Assembly: GCF_058153355.1 (NCBI RefSeq)
Contig: NZ_CM177019.1
Reading direction: 5' to 3' (one strand)
DNA: 64,000 nucleotides
In this document: positions 16,186-28,196 of the stretch, in pieces
Numbering within the stretch: position 1 is the first letter of the stretch
Layout: every line of letters begins with the position of its first letter
Notes under the pieces: generated by a model
The model's input: only the letters and a program-made list of their open reading frames with translations
What the model was told of the DNA's origin: nothing
The model's database searches: none
Position numbers and translations under genes: made by a program

Positions 16186-16419
16186 TATAAGCGTCAGGCA
16201 ATGCCGTGGACTCGCTTCACGGCATTCGCATTAACGCTATCGACAACGATAAAGTCAGGTTGAAGTTGTGTATATCGGCTAAACTTAGGTTTAACAGAAT
16301 GTAATGCCATGACTGCTTACATGTAATGTGTTTGTCATTGCTTACTTTTTGGCGTTATATGATGGATAATGCCGGGATACAGAGAGACCCGACTCTTTTA
16401 ATCTTTCAAGGAGCAAAGA

Positions 16420-16605
16420 ATGCTGATTCTGACTCGTCGAGTTGGTGAGACCCTCATGATTGGGGATGAGGTCACCGTGACAGTTTTAGGGGTAAAGGGC
16501 AACCAGGTACGTATTGGCGTAAATGCCCCGAAGGAAGTTTCTGTTCACCGTGAAGAGATCTACCAGCGTATCCAGGCTGAAAAATCCCAGCAGTCCAGTT
16601 ACTAA
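16420..16605 (+). CDS. csrA: Carbon storage regulator
   Basis: 61 aa [48 protein letters not shown]... Confidence 0.98.
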
Positions 16606-16919
16606 TCTTTCCGCGTCTCATCTTTATCGGTGAGACGCACCCTCAAAATTCCTCCTTCACTCCATTGTTTTTTCGCTTTACTCCCGTTCATTCAACTTTA
16701 GTCTCCATTTTTTGCATTACTGCTATCTGTCAGACCTCCGTTTTTCTGTTGATAAAACACTCTTTTTGACGTTTTTATAGACTAATTGAGCGTGAAGTGT
16801 GCAAACGATAAAAGTGTGGGAAAAATTGTTTGACTTATAAGTCTCAGAAAGTAATATGTGCGCCACGCAGCGACGATGAGCGATAAACAAGTTCTTCGAA
16901 GCACTCGTAAGAGGCGTGT

Positions 16920-17012
16920 GGTGAGGTGGCCGAGAGGCTGAAGGCGCTCCCCTGCTAAGGGAGTATGCGGTCAAAAGCTGCATCCGGGGTTCGAATCCCC
17001 GCCTCACCGCCA
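16920..17012 (+). tRNA. serV: tRNA-Ser (anticodon GCU)
   Basis: 93 nt with long variable arm, anticodon loop CUGCUAA, 3' CCA encoded. Confidence 0.93.
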
Positions 17013-17015
17013 TTT

Positions 17016-17092
17016 GCATCCGTAGCTCAGCTGGATAGAGTACTCGGCTACGAACCGAGCGGTCGGAGGTTCGAATCCTCCCGGATGCACCA
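17016..17092 (+). tRNA. argV: tRNA-Arg (anticodon ACG), copy 1
   Basis: 77 nt GCATCCGTAGCTCAGCTGGATAGAGTACTCGGCTACGAACCGAG...CACCA. Confidence 0.93.
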
Positions 17093-17208
17093 TATTCTAC
17101 GAAATCTTCAGCGATGAAGGTGTCGAAGAGGTGGCGGTACTAACCGCAAGCACTAGGGAGGATAACGTTGCTTTAGCAACGGCCCGAAGGGCGAGCCGTA
17201 AGGCGAGT

Positions 17209-17227
17209 AATCCTCCCGGATGCACCA
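17209..17227 (+). repeat. Orphan 3' fragment of tRNA-Arg (acceptor/T-arm end only)
   Basis: aatcctcccggatgcacca matches the last 19 nt of the flanking tRNA-Arg genes; no matching 5' half. Confidence 0.6.
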
Positions 17228-17291
17228 TCTCTTACTTGATACGGCTTTAGTAGCGGTATCAAAAAATCTGCAGTAAAGTAAGTTTCCCGAT

Positions 17292-17368
17292 GCATCCGTA
17301 GCTCAGCTGGATAGAGTACTCGGCTACGAACCGAGCGGTCGGAGGTTCGAATCCTCCCGGATGCACCA
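17292..17368 (+). tRNA. tRNA-Arg (anticodon ACG), copy 2
   Basis: Identical 77-nt sequence to copy 1. Confidence 0.93.
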
Positions 17369-17470
17369 TATTCTCCGTAATCATCAGTGATGATGGTTAA
17401 GATGGATTTTCTTATTTGATATGGCTTTAGTAGCGGTATCAATATCAGCAGTAAAATAAGTTTTCCCGAT

Positions 17471-17547
17471 GCATCCGTAGCTCAGCTGGATAGAGTACTC
17501 GGCTACGAACCGAGCGGTCGGAGGTTCGAATCCTCCCGGATGCACCA
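17471..17547 (+). tRNA. tRNA-Arg (anticodon ACG), copy 3
   Basis: Identical 77-nt sequence to copy 1. Confidence 0.93.
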
Positions 17548-17757
17548 TATTCTCCGTAACCTTCAGCAATGAACGTATCGAAGAGGTAGCGGTACTAACC
17601 GCAGGCACCATCTTCTCCAAAAAATCCCCTTCAAAAATATTTCATTTCTAAATAACTATTTTATCCATTTCCTGAATATTCTTCTCCTTCGCCATCAGCG
17701 ACAAAATCAAGCAATTACGCTAAAGTAGCGTCATATTTTTCGACTTGCGAGAAGACC

Positions 17758-18324
17758 ATGTACGAGCGTTATGCAGGTTTAATTTTTGATATGGATGGCA
17801 CAATCTTGGATACGGAGCCTACGCACCGTAAAGCGTGGCGCGAAGTATTAGGGCACTACGGTCTTCAATACGATGTTCAGGCGATGATTGCGCTTAATGG
17901 CTCGCCCACGTGGCGCATTGCTCAGGCGATTATTGAGCTTAATCAGGCCGATCTCGACCCGCATGCGCTGGCGCGTGAAAAAACAGAAGCAGTCAGAAGC
18001 ATGTTACTCGATAGCGTCGAACCACTCCCCCTTGTTGAAGTGGTGAAAAGCTGGCACGGACGTCGACCAATGGCTGTAGGAACGGGGAGTGAAAGCGCCA
18101 TCGCTGAGGCACTGCTAACGCACCTGGGATTACGCCGTTATTTTGACGCCGTCGTTGCTGCCGATCACGTCAAACATCATAAACCTGCGCCAGACACATT
18201 TTTGTTGTGCGCGCAGCGTATGGGCGTGCAACCAACACAGTGTGTGGTCTTTGAAGATGCTGATTTCGGTATTCAGGCGGCCCGTGCTGCAGGCATGGAC
18301 GCTGTGGATGTTCGCTTGCTGTGA
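17758..18324 (+). CDS. yqaB: HAD-superfamily sugar phosphatase
   Basis: 188 aa; HAD motif I FDMDGT near N-terminus. Confidence 0.88.
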   Translation: MYERYAGLIFDMDGTILDTEPTHRKAWREVLGHYGLQYDVQAMIALNGSPTWRIAQAIIELNQADLDPHALAREKTEAVRSMLLDSVEPLPLVEVVKSWHGRRPMAVGTGSESAIAEALLTHLGLRRYFDAVVAADHVKHHKPAPDTFLLCAQRMGVQPTQCVVFEDADFGIQAARAAGMDAVDVRLL

Positions 18325-18752
18325 GTGAAGCTTTATCGCTTTTATCGTTGTTTGCCAGTAGTTTCCTCAGCGCTACACTATTACCCGGTAATTCCTCCGA
18401 AGTCGTGCTGGTTGCAATGTTGCTTTCCGGGGTAAGTCATCCCTGGGTTTTAGTGTTAACAGCAACAATGGGTAATAGCCTTGGAGGGTTAACTAACGTT
18501 ATCCTTGGGCGTTTCTTTCCATTGCGTAAAACATCGCGCTGGCAAGAGAAAGCTACTGGTTGGCTGAAACGCTATGGTGCAGTCACGCTATTATTAAGCT
18601 GGATGCCCGTGGTTGGCGATTTACTGTGTCTGTTAGCGGGATGGATGCGCATCTCCTGGGGGCCAGTAATCTTTTTTTTGTGTCTTGGTAAAGCGTTACG
18701 TTATGTTGCAGTTGCAGCAGCGACCGTTCAGGGCATGATATGGTGGCACTAA
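18321..18752 (+). CDS. yqaA: DedA/SNARE-associated family inner membrane protein
   Basis: 142 aa hydrophobic ORF; GTG start overlapping the yqaB stop. Confidence 0.85.
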   Translation: MSEALSLLSLFASSFLSATLLPGNSSEVVLVAMLLSGVSHPWVLVLTATMGNSLGGLTNVILGRFFPLRKTSRWQEKATGWLKRYGAVTLLLSWMPVVGDLLCLLAGWMRISWGPVIFFLCLGKALRYVAVAAATVQGMIWWH

Positions 18753-18797
18753 TTGTAGGCCTGCACACATGGTCACCATTACAGTTATGCTAATTAA

Positions 18798-20381
<1,584 letters not shown>

Positions 20382-20389
20382 CAGAAAAG

Positions 20390-20462
20390 AAAAAGGCCAC
20401 TCGTGAGTGGCCAAAATTTCATCTCTGAATTCAGGGATGATGATAACAAATGCGCGTCTTTC
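20390..20462 (-). ncRNA. micA: MicA (SraD) sigmaE-dependent sRNA
   Basis: Minus-strand sequence GAAAGACGCGCATTTGTTATCATCATCCCTGAATTCAGAGATGAAATTTTGGCCACTCACGAGTGGCCTTTTT matches MicA as I recall it; gshA-luxS intergenic, with terminator hairpin. Confidence 0.85.
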
Positions 20463-20530
20463 ATATACTCAGACTCGCCTGGGAAGAAAGAGTTCAGAAA
20501 ATTTTTAAAAAAATTACCGGAGGTGGCTAA

Positions 20531-21046
20531 ATGCCGTTGTTAGATAGCTTCACAGTCGATCATACCCGGATGGAAGCGCCTGCAGTTCGGGTGGCGAAAA
20601 CAATGAACACCCCGCATGGCGACGCAATCACCGTGTTCGATCTGCGCTTCTGCGTGCCGAACAAAGAAGTGATGCCAGAAAGAGGGATCCATACCCTGGA
20701 GCATCTGTTTGCTGGTTTTATGCGTAACCATCTGAACGGTAATGGCGTTGAGATTATCGATATCTCGCCAATGGGCTGCCGCACCGGTTTTTATATGAGT
20801 CTGATTGGTACGCCAGATGAGCAGCGTGTTGCTGATGCCTGGAAAGCGGCAATGGAAGACGTGCTGAAAGTGCAGGATCAGAATCAGATCCCGGAACTGA
20901 ACGTCTACCAGTGTGGTACTTATCAGATGCATTCGTTGCAGGAAGCGCAGGATATTGCGCGTAATATCCTGGAACGTGACGTACGCATCAACAGCAACGA
21001 AGAGTTGGCGCTGCCGAAAGAGAAGTTGCAGGAATTGCACATCTAG
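20531..21046 (+). CDS. luxS: S-ribosylhomocysteine lyase (AI-2 synthase)
   Basis: 171 aa; HTLEHL metal-binding motif. Confidence 0.96.
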   Translation: MPLLDSFTVDHTRMEAPAVRVAKTMNTPHGDAITVFDLRFCVPNKEVMPERGIHTLEHLFAGFMRNHLNGNGVEIIDISPMGCRTGFYMSLIGTPDEQRVADAWKAAMEDVLKVQDQNQIPELNVYQCGTYQMHSLQEAQDIARNILERDVRINSNEELALPKEKLQELHI

Positions 21047-21079
21047 TCAGTAAACTATCTTCACAATTAATTGAAAAAA

Positions 21080-21099
21080 GCCAGTTCAAATGAACTGGC
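21080..21099. terminator. Bidirectional terminator between luxS and emrB
   Basis: gccagttcaaatgaactggc hairpin flanked by A-run upstream and T-rich downstream. Confidence 0.65.
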
Positions 21100-21109
21100 T
21101 TAGTTGTAC

Positions 21110-22648
21110 TTAGTGCGCACCGCCTCCGCCGCCACCTGCGCCAAATGGCGGTTTAGCAAACCACACCAGCCCCAGCAGGACGAGGAATATCCCGGCTGAC
21201 ATCCAGAAGATCTCATTGGCGGAAATAATCAGCCCCTGATTAGTGATCTGCTGGGCAATCCAGCCTGATGCCTGTTGTTGCGTCATCCCCAGCCCTTCCA
21301 GTTGGCTGTACATCGCCTGAGCGTTCGGGTTAAACGGGTTTACCGACTCGGTTAACTGTGCGTGGTGCATCGACTCGCGGTTAGTCCACATGGTGGTGGT
21401 GATGGATGTGCCGATAGACCCCGCCAGCGTTCGCGTAAAGTTAGAGAGGCTCGATGCCGCCGCCAGTCGCTCCGGTGGCAAACCAGACAGCGTAATGGTG
21501 GTCAGCGGCATAAAGAAGCAGGCCACTGCGAAGCCCTGGATAAACTGCGGCCAGGCCGACGCACCAAAATCCATACCCGGTTCAAAGGTATAGGCACGCC
21601 AGTAGAAGCAGACGGCATACATAATAAAGCTGAAGGTTACCAGCCGCCGCATATCCAGTTTATGCGCGAAGCGGCCTATAATCGGCGACAGGATCACCGG
21701 AATAATCCCTACCGGCGCAGAGGCCAAACCTGCCCAGGTCGCCGTGTAACCGTAGACCTCCTGCAACAACTGCGGCAGCAGAACAATCGCGCCGAAGTAG
21801 AGCATATACGCGAGGCTGATACACAAGCAGCCGATAGTGAAGTTGCGCGACTTAAACAACGACAGATCGACTATCGGGTTATCGTCGGTCAGCTCCCAGA
21901 CAATCAGGAAGCAGATAGCCACCACCGCCACCACGGTGAGGATGATTATTTCCTGCGATGAGAACCAGTCCAGCTCTTTACCACGGTCGAGCATAATCTG
22001 CAGGCTGCCGATACCAATCACCAGCAGTGCCAGCCCCACGGCATCAATCCGCCGCCGTTCGGTGCGGGTTTCACGTCCGCGCAGGGTTTGCAGTGTCATC
22101 AACACCACCGCCACGCCAATCGGCACGTTGATGAAGAATATCCAGCCCCAGTGGTAATTATCGCTGATATAACCGCCGAGGATCGGGCCGCAAATTGGCG
22201 CGACAATCACCGTCATCGACCACAACGCCAGCGCGATAGAACGTTTGGCTGGCGGGTAGTTATTCAGTAACAGACTTTGCGAAAGCGGGATCAGCGGCCC
22301 AGCGACAATCCCCTGAATCACGCGGAAGAAGATCAGCATATTCAGGCTGCTGGAGACACCACACGCCCACGACGCAATAGCGAAGGCGATGGTTGACCAG
22401 AGGAACAGCTTCACTTCCCCAACGCGCTTTGCCAGCCAGCCGGTAAGCGGGATCGAGATGGCATTCGCCACCCCGAAAGAAGTGATTACCCACGTTCCCT
22501 GGCTGAGCGATGAGCCCAGATTCCCGGCGATAGTGGGGATCGCCACGTTAGCAATGGTGGAGTCCAGCACCTGCATGAATGTCGCTAGTGACAGCGCAAT
22601 CGTCATAATGACCAGTTGCGCGCCTTCCAGCGGTTTTTGCTGTTGCAT
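21110..22648 (-). CDS. emrB: Multidrug efflux MFS permease (14-TMS DHA2 family)
   Basis: Start placed at MQQQKPLEGAQLVIMT within ORF 21110..22657; operon emrR-emrA-emrB. Confidence 0.93.
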   Translation of the reverse strand: MQQQKPLEGAQLVIMTIALSLATFMQVLDSTIANVAIPTIAGNLGSSLSQGTWVITSFGVANAISIPLTGWLAKRVGEVKLFLWSTIAFAIASWACGVSSSLNMLIFFRVIQGIVAGPLIPLSQSLLLNNYPPAKRSIALALWSMTVIVAPICGPILGGYISDNYHWGWIFFINVPIGVAVVLMTLQTLRGRETRTERRRIDAVGLALLVIGIGSLQIMLDRGKELDWFSSQEIIILTVVAVVAICFLIVWELTDDNPIVDLSLFKSRNFTIGCLCISLAYMLYFGAIVLLPQLLQEVYGYTATWAGLASAPVGIIPVILSPIIGRFAHKLDMRRLVTFSFIMYAVCFYWRAYTFEPGMDFGASAWPQFIQGFAVACFFMPLTTITLSGLPPERLAAASSLSNFTRTLAGSIGTSITTTMWTNRESMHHAQLTESVNPFNPNAQAMYSQLEGLGMTQQQASGWIAQQITNQGLIISANEIFWMSAGIFLVLLGLVWFAKPPFGAGGGGGGAH

Positions 22649-22664
22649 CACACGCACCTCTGGA

Positions 22665-23837
22665 TTAGCCAGCGTTAGCTTTTACGATATCGTCGATCAG
22701 TTTATTGACAGGTGCCAGGCTGATTTCACGCGCGGTGCTTACCGCGACCGGTGTGGAACGTACTTTATTTGCCAGTACCTGACCGTCACGGTTAGTGGTA
22801 TTGACGCTCACCAGCGTGGATAAACCGATACGCAGCGGGTACTGCTCCAGCTGTTTCTGGTCCAGTTCAATACGAACAGGCAGACGCTGAACGACTTTGA
22901 TCCAGTTACCGGTGGCGTTTTGCGCCGGAAGCAGCGAGAACGCGCTACCTGTGCCCATATCCAGACCAACCACGTTACCGGTGTATTTCACATCATCGCC
23001 GTAAATATCGGTGGTGATGGTGACCGGCTGACCGATACGCATATTGGCAATCTGCGTCTCTTTAAAGTTGGCATCCACCCACATATTGGTGGCTGGAACG
23101 ACCGCCATCAGCGGCGTCGTTGGGCTAATTTGCGCCCCAGGCTGTACTGCTCGGCGGGAGACATAACCGGTCATCGGACTGACAATACGGGTACGCTCCA
23201 GCGCCAGCCAGGCGTTACGTACTTCGGTGGCAGCCTGTTGCACGGCAGGCTGATCTTCCAGTTTAGTCCCCAGAATCATCGCCTGATTGGCATTGTATTG
23301 TTGAATGGCGACATCCAGTTGCGCCTGGGCACTGGTCACCGCGTCGCGGGCGTGTTGCAGCTCTTCGCGACCAATCAGGTTGGCATTGCCCAGCGGCACA
23401 CGGCGGTTGTAGTCGCTTTGTGCTTTCGCAAGGGCGATTTTCTGCACCTCAATATTCGCCTGCAACTGTTTACTGTTAATCATCAGCTGGTGGGTTTGGC
23501 GCACGCTGGAAGCGAGTGCCGTTTTGGCTTTTTCAAACGCCTGGCGAGCATCTGTCGGGTCGAGAGTGACCAGCACATCGCCTTCTTTTACAAAATCGGT
23601 GTTATCGGCCCAGACTTTCGTCACGCTGCCAGACACCTGAGACATAATTTGAATCTGATTCCCTGCCACATATGCGTCATCGGTTTCTTCGAAATGACGC
23701 AGTACCAAAAACCAATAAATCCCTATCGCTACGGCAATAATTATAAAGAGCAAGGTGAGAAGGAGGAGCAGACGCTTACGTTTGCCGCTCTTCTTTACCG
23801 GTTGCTGCGGGGTTTGAGTCTCCGCATTTGCGCTCAT
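22665..23837 (-). CDS. emrA: Multidrug efflux periplasmic adaptor (HlyD family)
   Basis: Start at MSANAETQTP...; single N-terminal TM then coiled-coil/barrel regions. Confidence 0.93.
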   Translation of the reverse strand: MSANAETQTPQQPVKKSGKRKRLLLLLTLLFIIIAVAIGIYWFLVLRHFEETDDAYVAGNQIQIMSQVSGSVTKVWADNTDFVKEGDVLVTLDPTDARQAFEKAKTALASSVRQTHQLMINSKQLQANIEVQKIALAKAQSDYNRRVPLGNANLIGREELQHARDAVTSAQAQLDVAIQQYNANQAMILGTKLEDQPAVQQAATEVRNAWLALERTRIVSPMTGYVSRRAVQPGAQISPTTPLMAVVPATNMWVDANFKETQIANMRIGQPVTITTDIYGDDVKYTGNVVGLDMGTGSAFSLLPAQNATGNWIKVVQRLPVRIELDQKQLEQYPLRIGLSTLVSVNTTNRDGQVLANKVRSTPVAVSTAREISLAPVNKLIDDIVKANAG

Positions 23838-23963
23838 ATTGTTCTCCACGATCTTCTTAACTCATCGGCTGAGCCGACCTGCTTGCCAAAAAGGCCAGCA
23901 TGTTGCGATGCTGGCCAGTCATTTTTTCTTTTATAAATCTGGATTTTTGAGCGAGATGACGCG

Positions 23964-24494
23964 TTAGCTCATCGCTTCGAGAACCACACCGTCTTGTTCC
24001 ATCTGGTCGAGACGGGAGAGCAATTTGCGGGTGATTTGCTCGAGCTGATCTTTTTCTGTTGTGCTGAGCGCGGACCAGAGTTGATGCAGGCAGTTATGCT
24101 GCGGTGGTAAAACCTCGCGCAAAAACTCGTGACCTTTTTCCGTTAATTGCAGATGCAGGCAGCGGCGATCGTTATCGCTTTCACGACGTTCGATCCAACC
24201 GCGTTTTTCCAGTTCATCGGCAATACGCGTCGCGTTGGTACGGGATGATCCAAGAGCACAACTCAATTCAGAAGGCTGAATACTGTGGTTTTCCTGAGAC
24301 TCCAGCGTAATCAACGCCATAAACAACGTCTCGTTAATCCCCTGAGCCTTCAGCATTTTATTGCGGTTCTCCAGCAGCTTGCTTTGCATGTGCATGCAAA
24401 GACGAGTCAGAAGGATCTCCTGATAAGGAAAATCTTCGTGGCGGCTGGCGCGAAATTTTAGCATTTGTTCAATGGGCGTAAACGAACTATCCAT
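23964..24494 (-). CDS. mprA: MarR-family repressor of emrAB
   Basis: 176 aa winged-helix MarR-type protein upstream of emrA. Confidence 0.92.
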
Positions 24495-24584
24495 TTGGGT
24501 ATGACCTCATTAATTTCAGCCGATATAGTAACGACAGTGACAAATAAAGTAAATGTATTGTTTTAGAAAAATGATTCTTGTGGG

Positions 24585-24920
24585 TTATATAATCGCCATC
24601 ACTTTCCAGGCGAGCCCATAGGCCAGCGCACTAAGCAGTGTTGGGATGATAATGCTGCGTGTTTTATAGAAACTGGCACCCAGTACCGCGAAGCCGACCA
24701 GAGTGGGCACGAAACGGCGTGTATCGTGCATCACTTCTGGTGCGGTAGAGACAACCAGCAGAGCGCATATCGAGGCGATGCCAATGGTGTCGAGCAAAAT
24801 ACCTACCGCGCCACGTTTGGTTGGGCGGGCATTACCCACACGCAGGCGCAGCGGCAAATAGCGGAAGCAATAATTCGCCGCGCCAACCAGTAACCCAAGC
24901 AGCAGAACCTCATAGCTCAT
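24585..24920 (-). CDS. ygaH: L-valine exporter subunit (AzlD-like)
   Basis: 111 aa hydrophobic; overlaps ygaZ stop. Confidence 0.88.
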   Translation of the reverse strand: MSYEVLLLGLLVGAANYCFRYLPLRLRVGNARPTKRGAVGILLDTIGIASICALLVVSTAPEVMHDTRRFVPTLVGFAVLGASFYKTRSIIIPTLLSALAYGLAWKVMAII

Positions 24921-25647
24921 CGGGCGCTCCTTGCCAGAATGCCTGGATTAACGCAGTGAGGCAGCCACAGACAATGCCTGCCAGAATGGCGACGGGAATA
25001 GAAAATAGCGTTACGCCTGCAAGGGCACCAACTAACGCTGCGGTAACGCAAAGAGATTGTTTGCGCTGGAAAGAGGCGAGCAGGAAACTCATAAAGAGTG
25101 CCGGAAGCATAAAACCTAATGCTGCTTCAACGGCGGGATATCCTTGCAGCAAGCCGCAGCCGGAGAATGCCCCTATTACCGTACCAAATACCCACGATGA
25201 CCATGAACTGAAGGCAATGCCGATCATCCAGTTCTCGCTCCAGCGGCGATTATTGCGTACCAGTTTTGCGGTTGCGGCGGCAAAAACCTCATCCGTCAGG
25301 CCAAACGCCCACAGGGCAGTTTTCGATTTTTGCAGACGCTGAATAATACGGCTACGCAGTGACGGGCCATACAAAACATGGCGAACATCCATTGCCATGA
25401 CGGTCAGTGCAGCAACCCACAAACTACTCCCGGCTGCCAGCATCGCGGTAATGACGAACTGGCTCGCGCCTGCATAAATGATGCAGGAGAAAAAAACGCT
25501 TTCGAGAGGAGAGAATCCCAGACGGGTCGCATTCAGACCGAACGCAAAGGCCACCGGAATATAACTAATAACAATCGGTAAACTGTCTTTGCATCCTTCC
25601 ATGAAGGTCGCCGAACCAGGAGCAGGCTGTGGAGTAGGGCTTTCCAT
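24910..25647 (-). CDS. ygaZ: L-valine exporter subunit (AzlC-like)
   Basis: 245 aa membrane protein. Confidence 0.88.
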   Translation of the reverse strand: MESPTPQPAPGSATFMEGCKDSLPIVISYIPVAFAFGLNATRLGFSPLESVFFSCIIYAGASQFVITAMLAAGSSLWVAALTVMAMDVRHVLYGPSLRSRIIQRLQKSKTALWAFGLTDEVFAAATAKLVRNNRRWSENWMIGIAFSSWSSWVFGTVIGAFSGCGLLQGYPAVEAALGFMLPALFMSFLLASFQRKQSLCVTAALVGALAGVTLFSIPVAILAGIVCGCLTALIQAFWQGAPDEL

Positions 25648-25770
25648 AGAGTGTACGCTTAACGATTGTTAATATTATAAATAGACTGAATGAATATCTT
25701 AACCTTATCAGACTGATGGGCTTCTTAACACCCTTATAAGTGTAAAGCCACGAAAACGGTTGCTGATTGC

Positions 25771-26955
25771 TTAAATTGCGGCTTCCTGACGATGAAAACC
25801 TCGCCACCAGACCAGTAAGTTAACCAGGGCAATCGTCGCGCCAGCCAGACAAACGCCAGCCCAACCGCCATGTTGCCAGGCTGAGGCTGAAATTAGCGAA
25901 CCGGCGGCACCGCCAATGAAGTAGCTGGTCATGTAACCTGCGGTCAGGCGATTACGCGCATCAGGGTGTATTCGATAAATTACCGTCTGGTTAGTGATAT
26001 GCACGCCCTGCACGGTGAGATCCAGCACCAGGATGCCGATAATCAAGGCCAGTACGGAAGTGTGACCAAACCAGATCGCCAGCCATGAAAGTAACAGCAG
26101 CAGCAGGCCGAAAGTTGTGGTGAGGTGTGATTTGCCCTTATCGGCAAAACCGCCCGCCGGACGAGCGCCTAACGCTCCGGCAGCTCCCGCGAGTCCAAAC
26201 AGACCAATTACGCCATCGCTGTAATTAAAAGGCGGAGCGGCGAGCAAAAAGGCCATTGAGGTCCAGAGAATGCTGAAGTTGGCAAAGGTCAGGCAGCCCA
26301 GCAACGCGCGGGTGCGCAGAATTTTATCGCTGATAAACATGCTGAAAACGGAACCAAGCAACTGTGGGTAGTTGAGGTGGGTTTCTGATTTCATTTGTGG
26401 CAGACCACGCCATAATGCCAGCGCCATCAGTGCCATTAACACCGAGGCAACCCAAAAGACGGTGCGCCAGCCGCCGAGGTTTGCCAGCAAACCGGCAACG
26501 GTTCGTGCCAGCAAGATCCCCAACAGCAGCCCGCTCATAATGGTGCCGACCACTTTGCCGCGTTTGTCCGGTGAAGCCAGCGTCGCTGCCAGCGGAACCA
26601 GAATTTGTGCCACGACCGAGAATAGACCGGTTAATGCCGTACCGAGGATCATCATCGCCAGCGACTGACTGCTGGCGGTAATCAACATACCGCCCGCTGC
26701 CAGTAAGGTCATCGAGACAATCAGGCGGCGGCGTTCAAACATATCACCGAGGGGAACAAGAAACAGCAGACCTGCGGCATAGCCCAACTGCGCGGCGGTA
26801 ACAATAAAGCCCGCCGAACTGGCGGAAAGGGAAAAGTTACGCGCGATGGTGTCGAGTAATGGCTGGGCGTAATAGTTACTGGCTACCGCCAGACCGGTGG
26901 CGATAGACATCAGCACGATCAGTGCCGGGCTAAGCTCATGATTAGGTTTAGTCAT
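25771..26955 (-). CDS. ygaY: MFS transporter, apparently intact
   Basis: 394 aa uninterrupted 12-TMS-like ORF; synteny between ygaZ and proX. Confidence 0.8.
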   Translation of the reverse strand: MTKPNHELSPALIVLMSIATGLAVASNYYAQPLLDTIARNFSLSASSAGFIVTAAQLGYAAGLLFLVPLGDMFERRRLIVSMTLLAAGGMLITASSQSLAMMILGTALTGLFSVVAQILVPLAATLASPDKRGKVVGTIMSGLLLGILLARTVAGLLANLGGWRTVFWVASVLMALMALALWRGLPQMKSETHLNYPQLLGSVFSMFISDKILRTRALLGCLTFANFSILWTSMAFLLAAPPFNYSDGVIGLFGLAGAAGALGARPAGGFADKGKSHLTTTFGLLLLLLSWLAIWFGHTSVLALIIGILVLDLTVQGVHITNQTVIYRIHPDARNRLTAGYMTSYFIGGAAGSLISASAWQHGGWAGVCLAGATIALVNLLVWWRGFHRQEAAI

Positions 26956-27064
26956 TATTTTTATTCATCAGGTGATGATTAAGCTGGAAATCAATAATAG
27001 CGGATGTTGATGAATATGGGATGAAAGATAGATTGTTGAAATGTGCGGTGTGGTTTGTAGACAT

Positions 27065-27140
27065 GATAAGACGCGGCCGCGTCGCATCAGGCATTGTGTA
27101 CAGAGCGGCGGATAAGGCGAAAACGCCTTATCCGCCCGAA
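27065..27140. repeat. REP palindromic units between ygaY and proX
   Basis: gacgcggccgcgtcgcatcaggc and ggcggataaggcgaaaacgccttatccgcc inverted repeats. Confidence 0.5.
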
Positions 27141-27146
27141 TAAAAA

Positions 27147-28139
27147 TTACTTCTGCGCTGCCAGCGCCTCATTCACCCAGCCATCGAACTGCTGCTGGTG
27201 GGCTTTGATCCAACCATCAACGTGGCCCTGAATATCGCCTTCTGAGGCTTTGCCGTCATGCATAATGGCGTTCTGGGCGTTAATATCTGCCACTGGCAAC
27301 TGCATAATGGCAAACAGTTTCGCTGCCGCCGGGTTTTTCTCGGCCCAGGCTTTGTTGGCAACGATATGCATGGTGCTGACCGGGAAGCCATAATTCGCAC
27401 CATTCGGCAGTTTAGTGTCGGCGTTTTTATCGCCCGGCAGTGCGGAGAACGGCACCTGCAACCAGACGACATCTTTGCCCGGCTTCAGTTCGTTACTCAC
27501 CCAGTACGGCGTCCAGGTGTAGTAAAACACCGGCTTACCCTCTTTGTAACGACTGATGGTGTCAGCCATCATCGCTGCGTAGTTCCCCTGATTATGCGTC
27601 ACGGTATTGGTCAGTTCATACGCGGCAAGCTGGTGGTTGATCGCACCTTCGCAGCCCCAGCCTGGGTTACAGCCAGTCAAATCTGCTTTACCGTCGCCGT
27701 TGGTATCGAACAGTTTGGCGATCTTCGGATCTTTCAGTTGCGCGATGTTGGTGATTTTGTACTGGTCGGCGGTTTTCTTATCGATCAGGTAACCCTGTGC
27801 CGCGCCGTTAACGAATACCCCTTCACGATAAAATTTCTTATCGCCACCGGCAGCTTCGTACATGTTGTCATGCAGCGGCGTCCAGTTCACGGCGGTGAAG
27901 GTTGCATCGCCGGAAGCAAGTGAGGTGTAGCCAACGTTGTAATCCACTTCGCTGGGTTTATTGACGGTATAACCTAATTTCTCCAGTGCACGACTGACCA
28001 GCAGCGTCTGGAAGGTTTCTTCAGTGATGGTGCTCTGAACTGGATTAACAGTAATACCTTTGCCCGGCAGATCGGCAGCAAAAGTTTGTGTAGAGATAAG
28101 CGTGGCAAACGCTGTCGCAAAAAGTACGCTATGTCGCAT
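27147..28139 (-). CDS. proX: Glycine betaine/proline ABC transporter periplasmic binding protein
   Basis: Start at [21 protein letters not shown] signal peptide within ORF 27147..28181. Confidence 0.93.
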
Positions 28140-28196
28140 TGTTATTCCTTTTTTTGGCAGGGTGAAAATGCCCGGCGTCACCGGGCAAGTGCAGAG

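Noticed and set aside
16613-16638. Hairpin after csrA as an intrinsic terminator
   Set aside because: gcgtctca/tgagacgc stem is present but is not followed by a T-tract, so not called
17016-17547. Possible CRISPR array suggested by regularly spaced identical 77-nt repeats
   Set aside because: Repeats are complete tRNA-Arg genes with cloverleaf structure and CCA ends; spacers share sequence with each other; no cas genes nearby
17173-17620. Minus-strand ORFs overlapping the tRNA-Arg array
   Set aside because: They run antisense through tRNA genes; repeated peptide segments (IPLLKPYQ) simply reflect the tandem tRNA repeats
21362-23936. Plus-strand ORFs (199, 106, 144 and 338 aa) inside emrB/emrA
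   Set aside because: Antisense shadow frames of GC-rich membrane-protein genes; Arg/His-rich nonsense translations
27258-27923. 221-aa plus-strand ORF antisense to proX
   Set aside because: Fully contained in the conserved proX gene on the other strand
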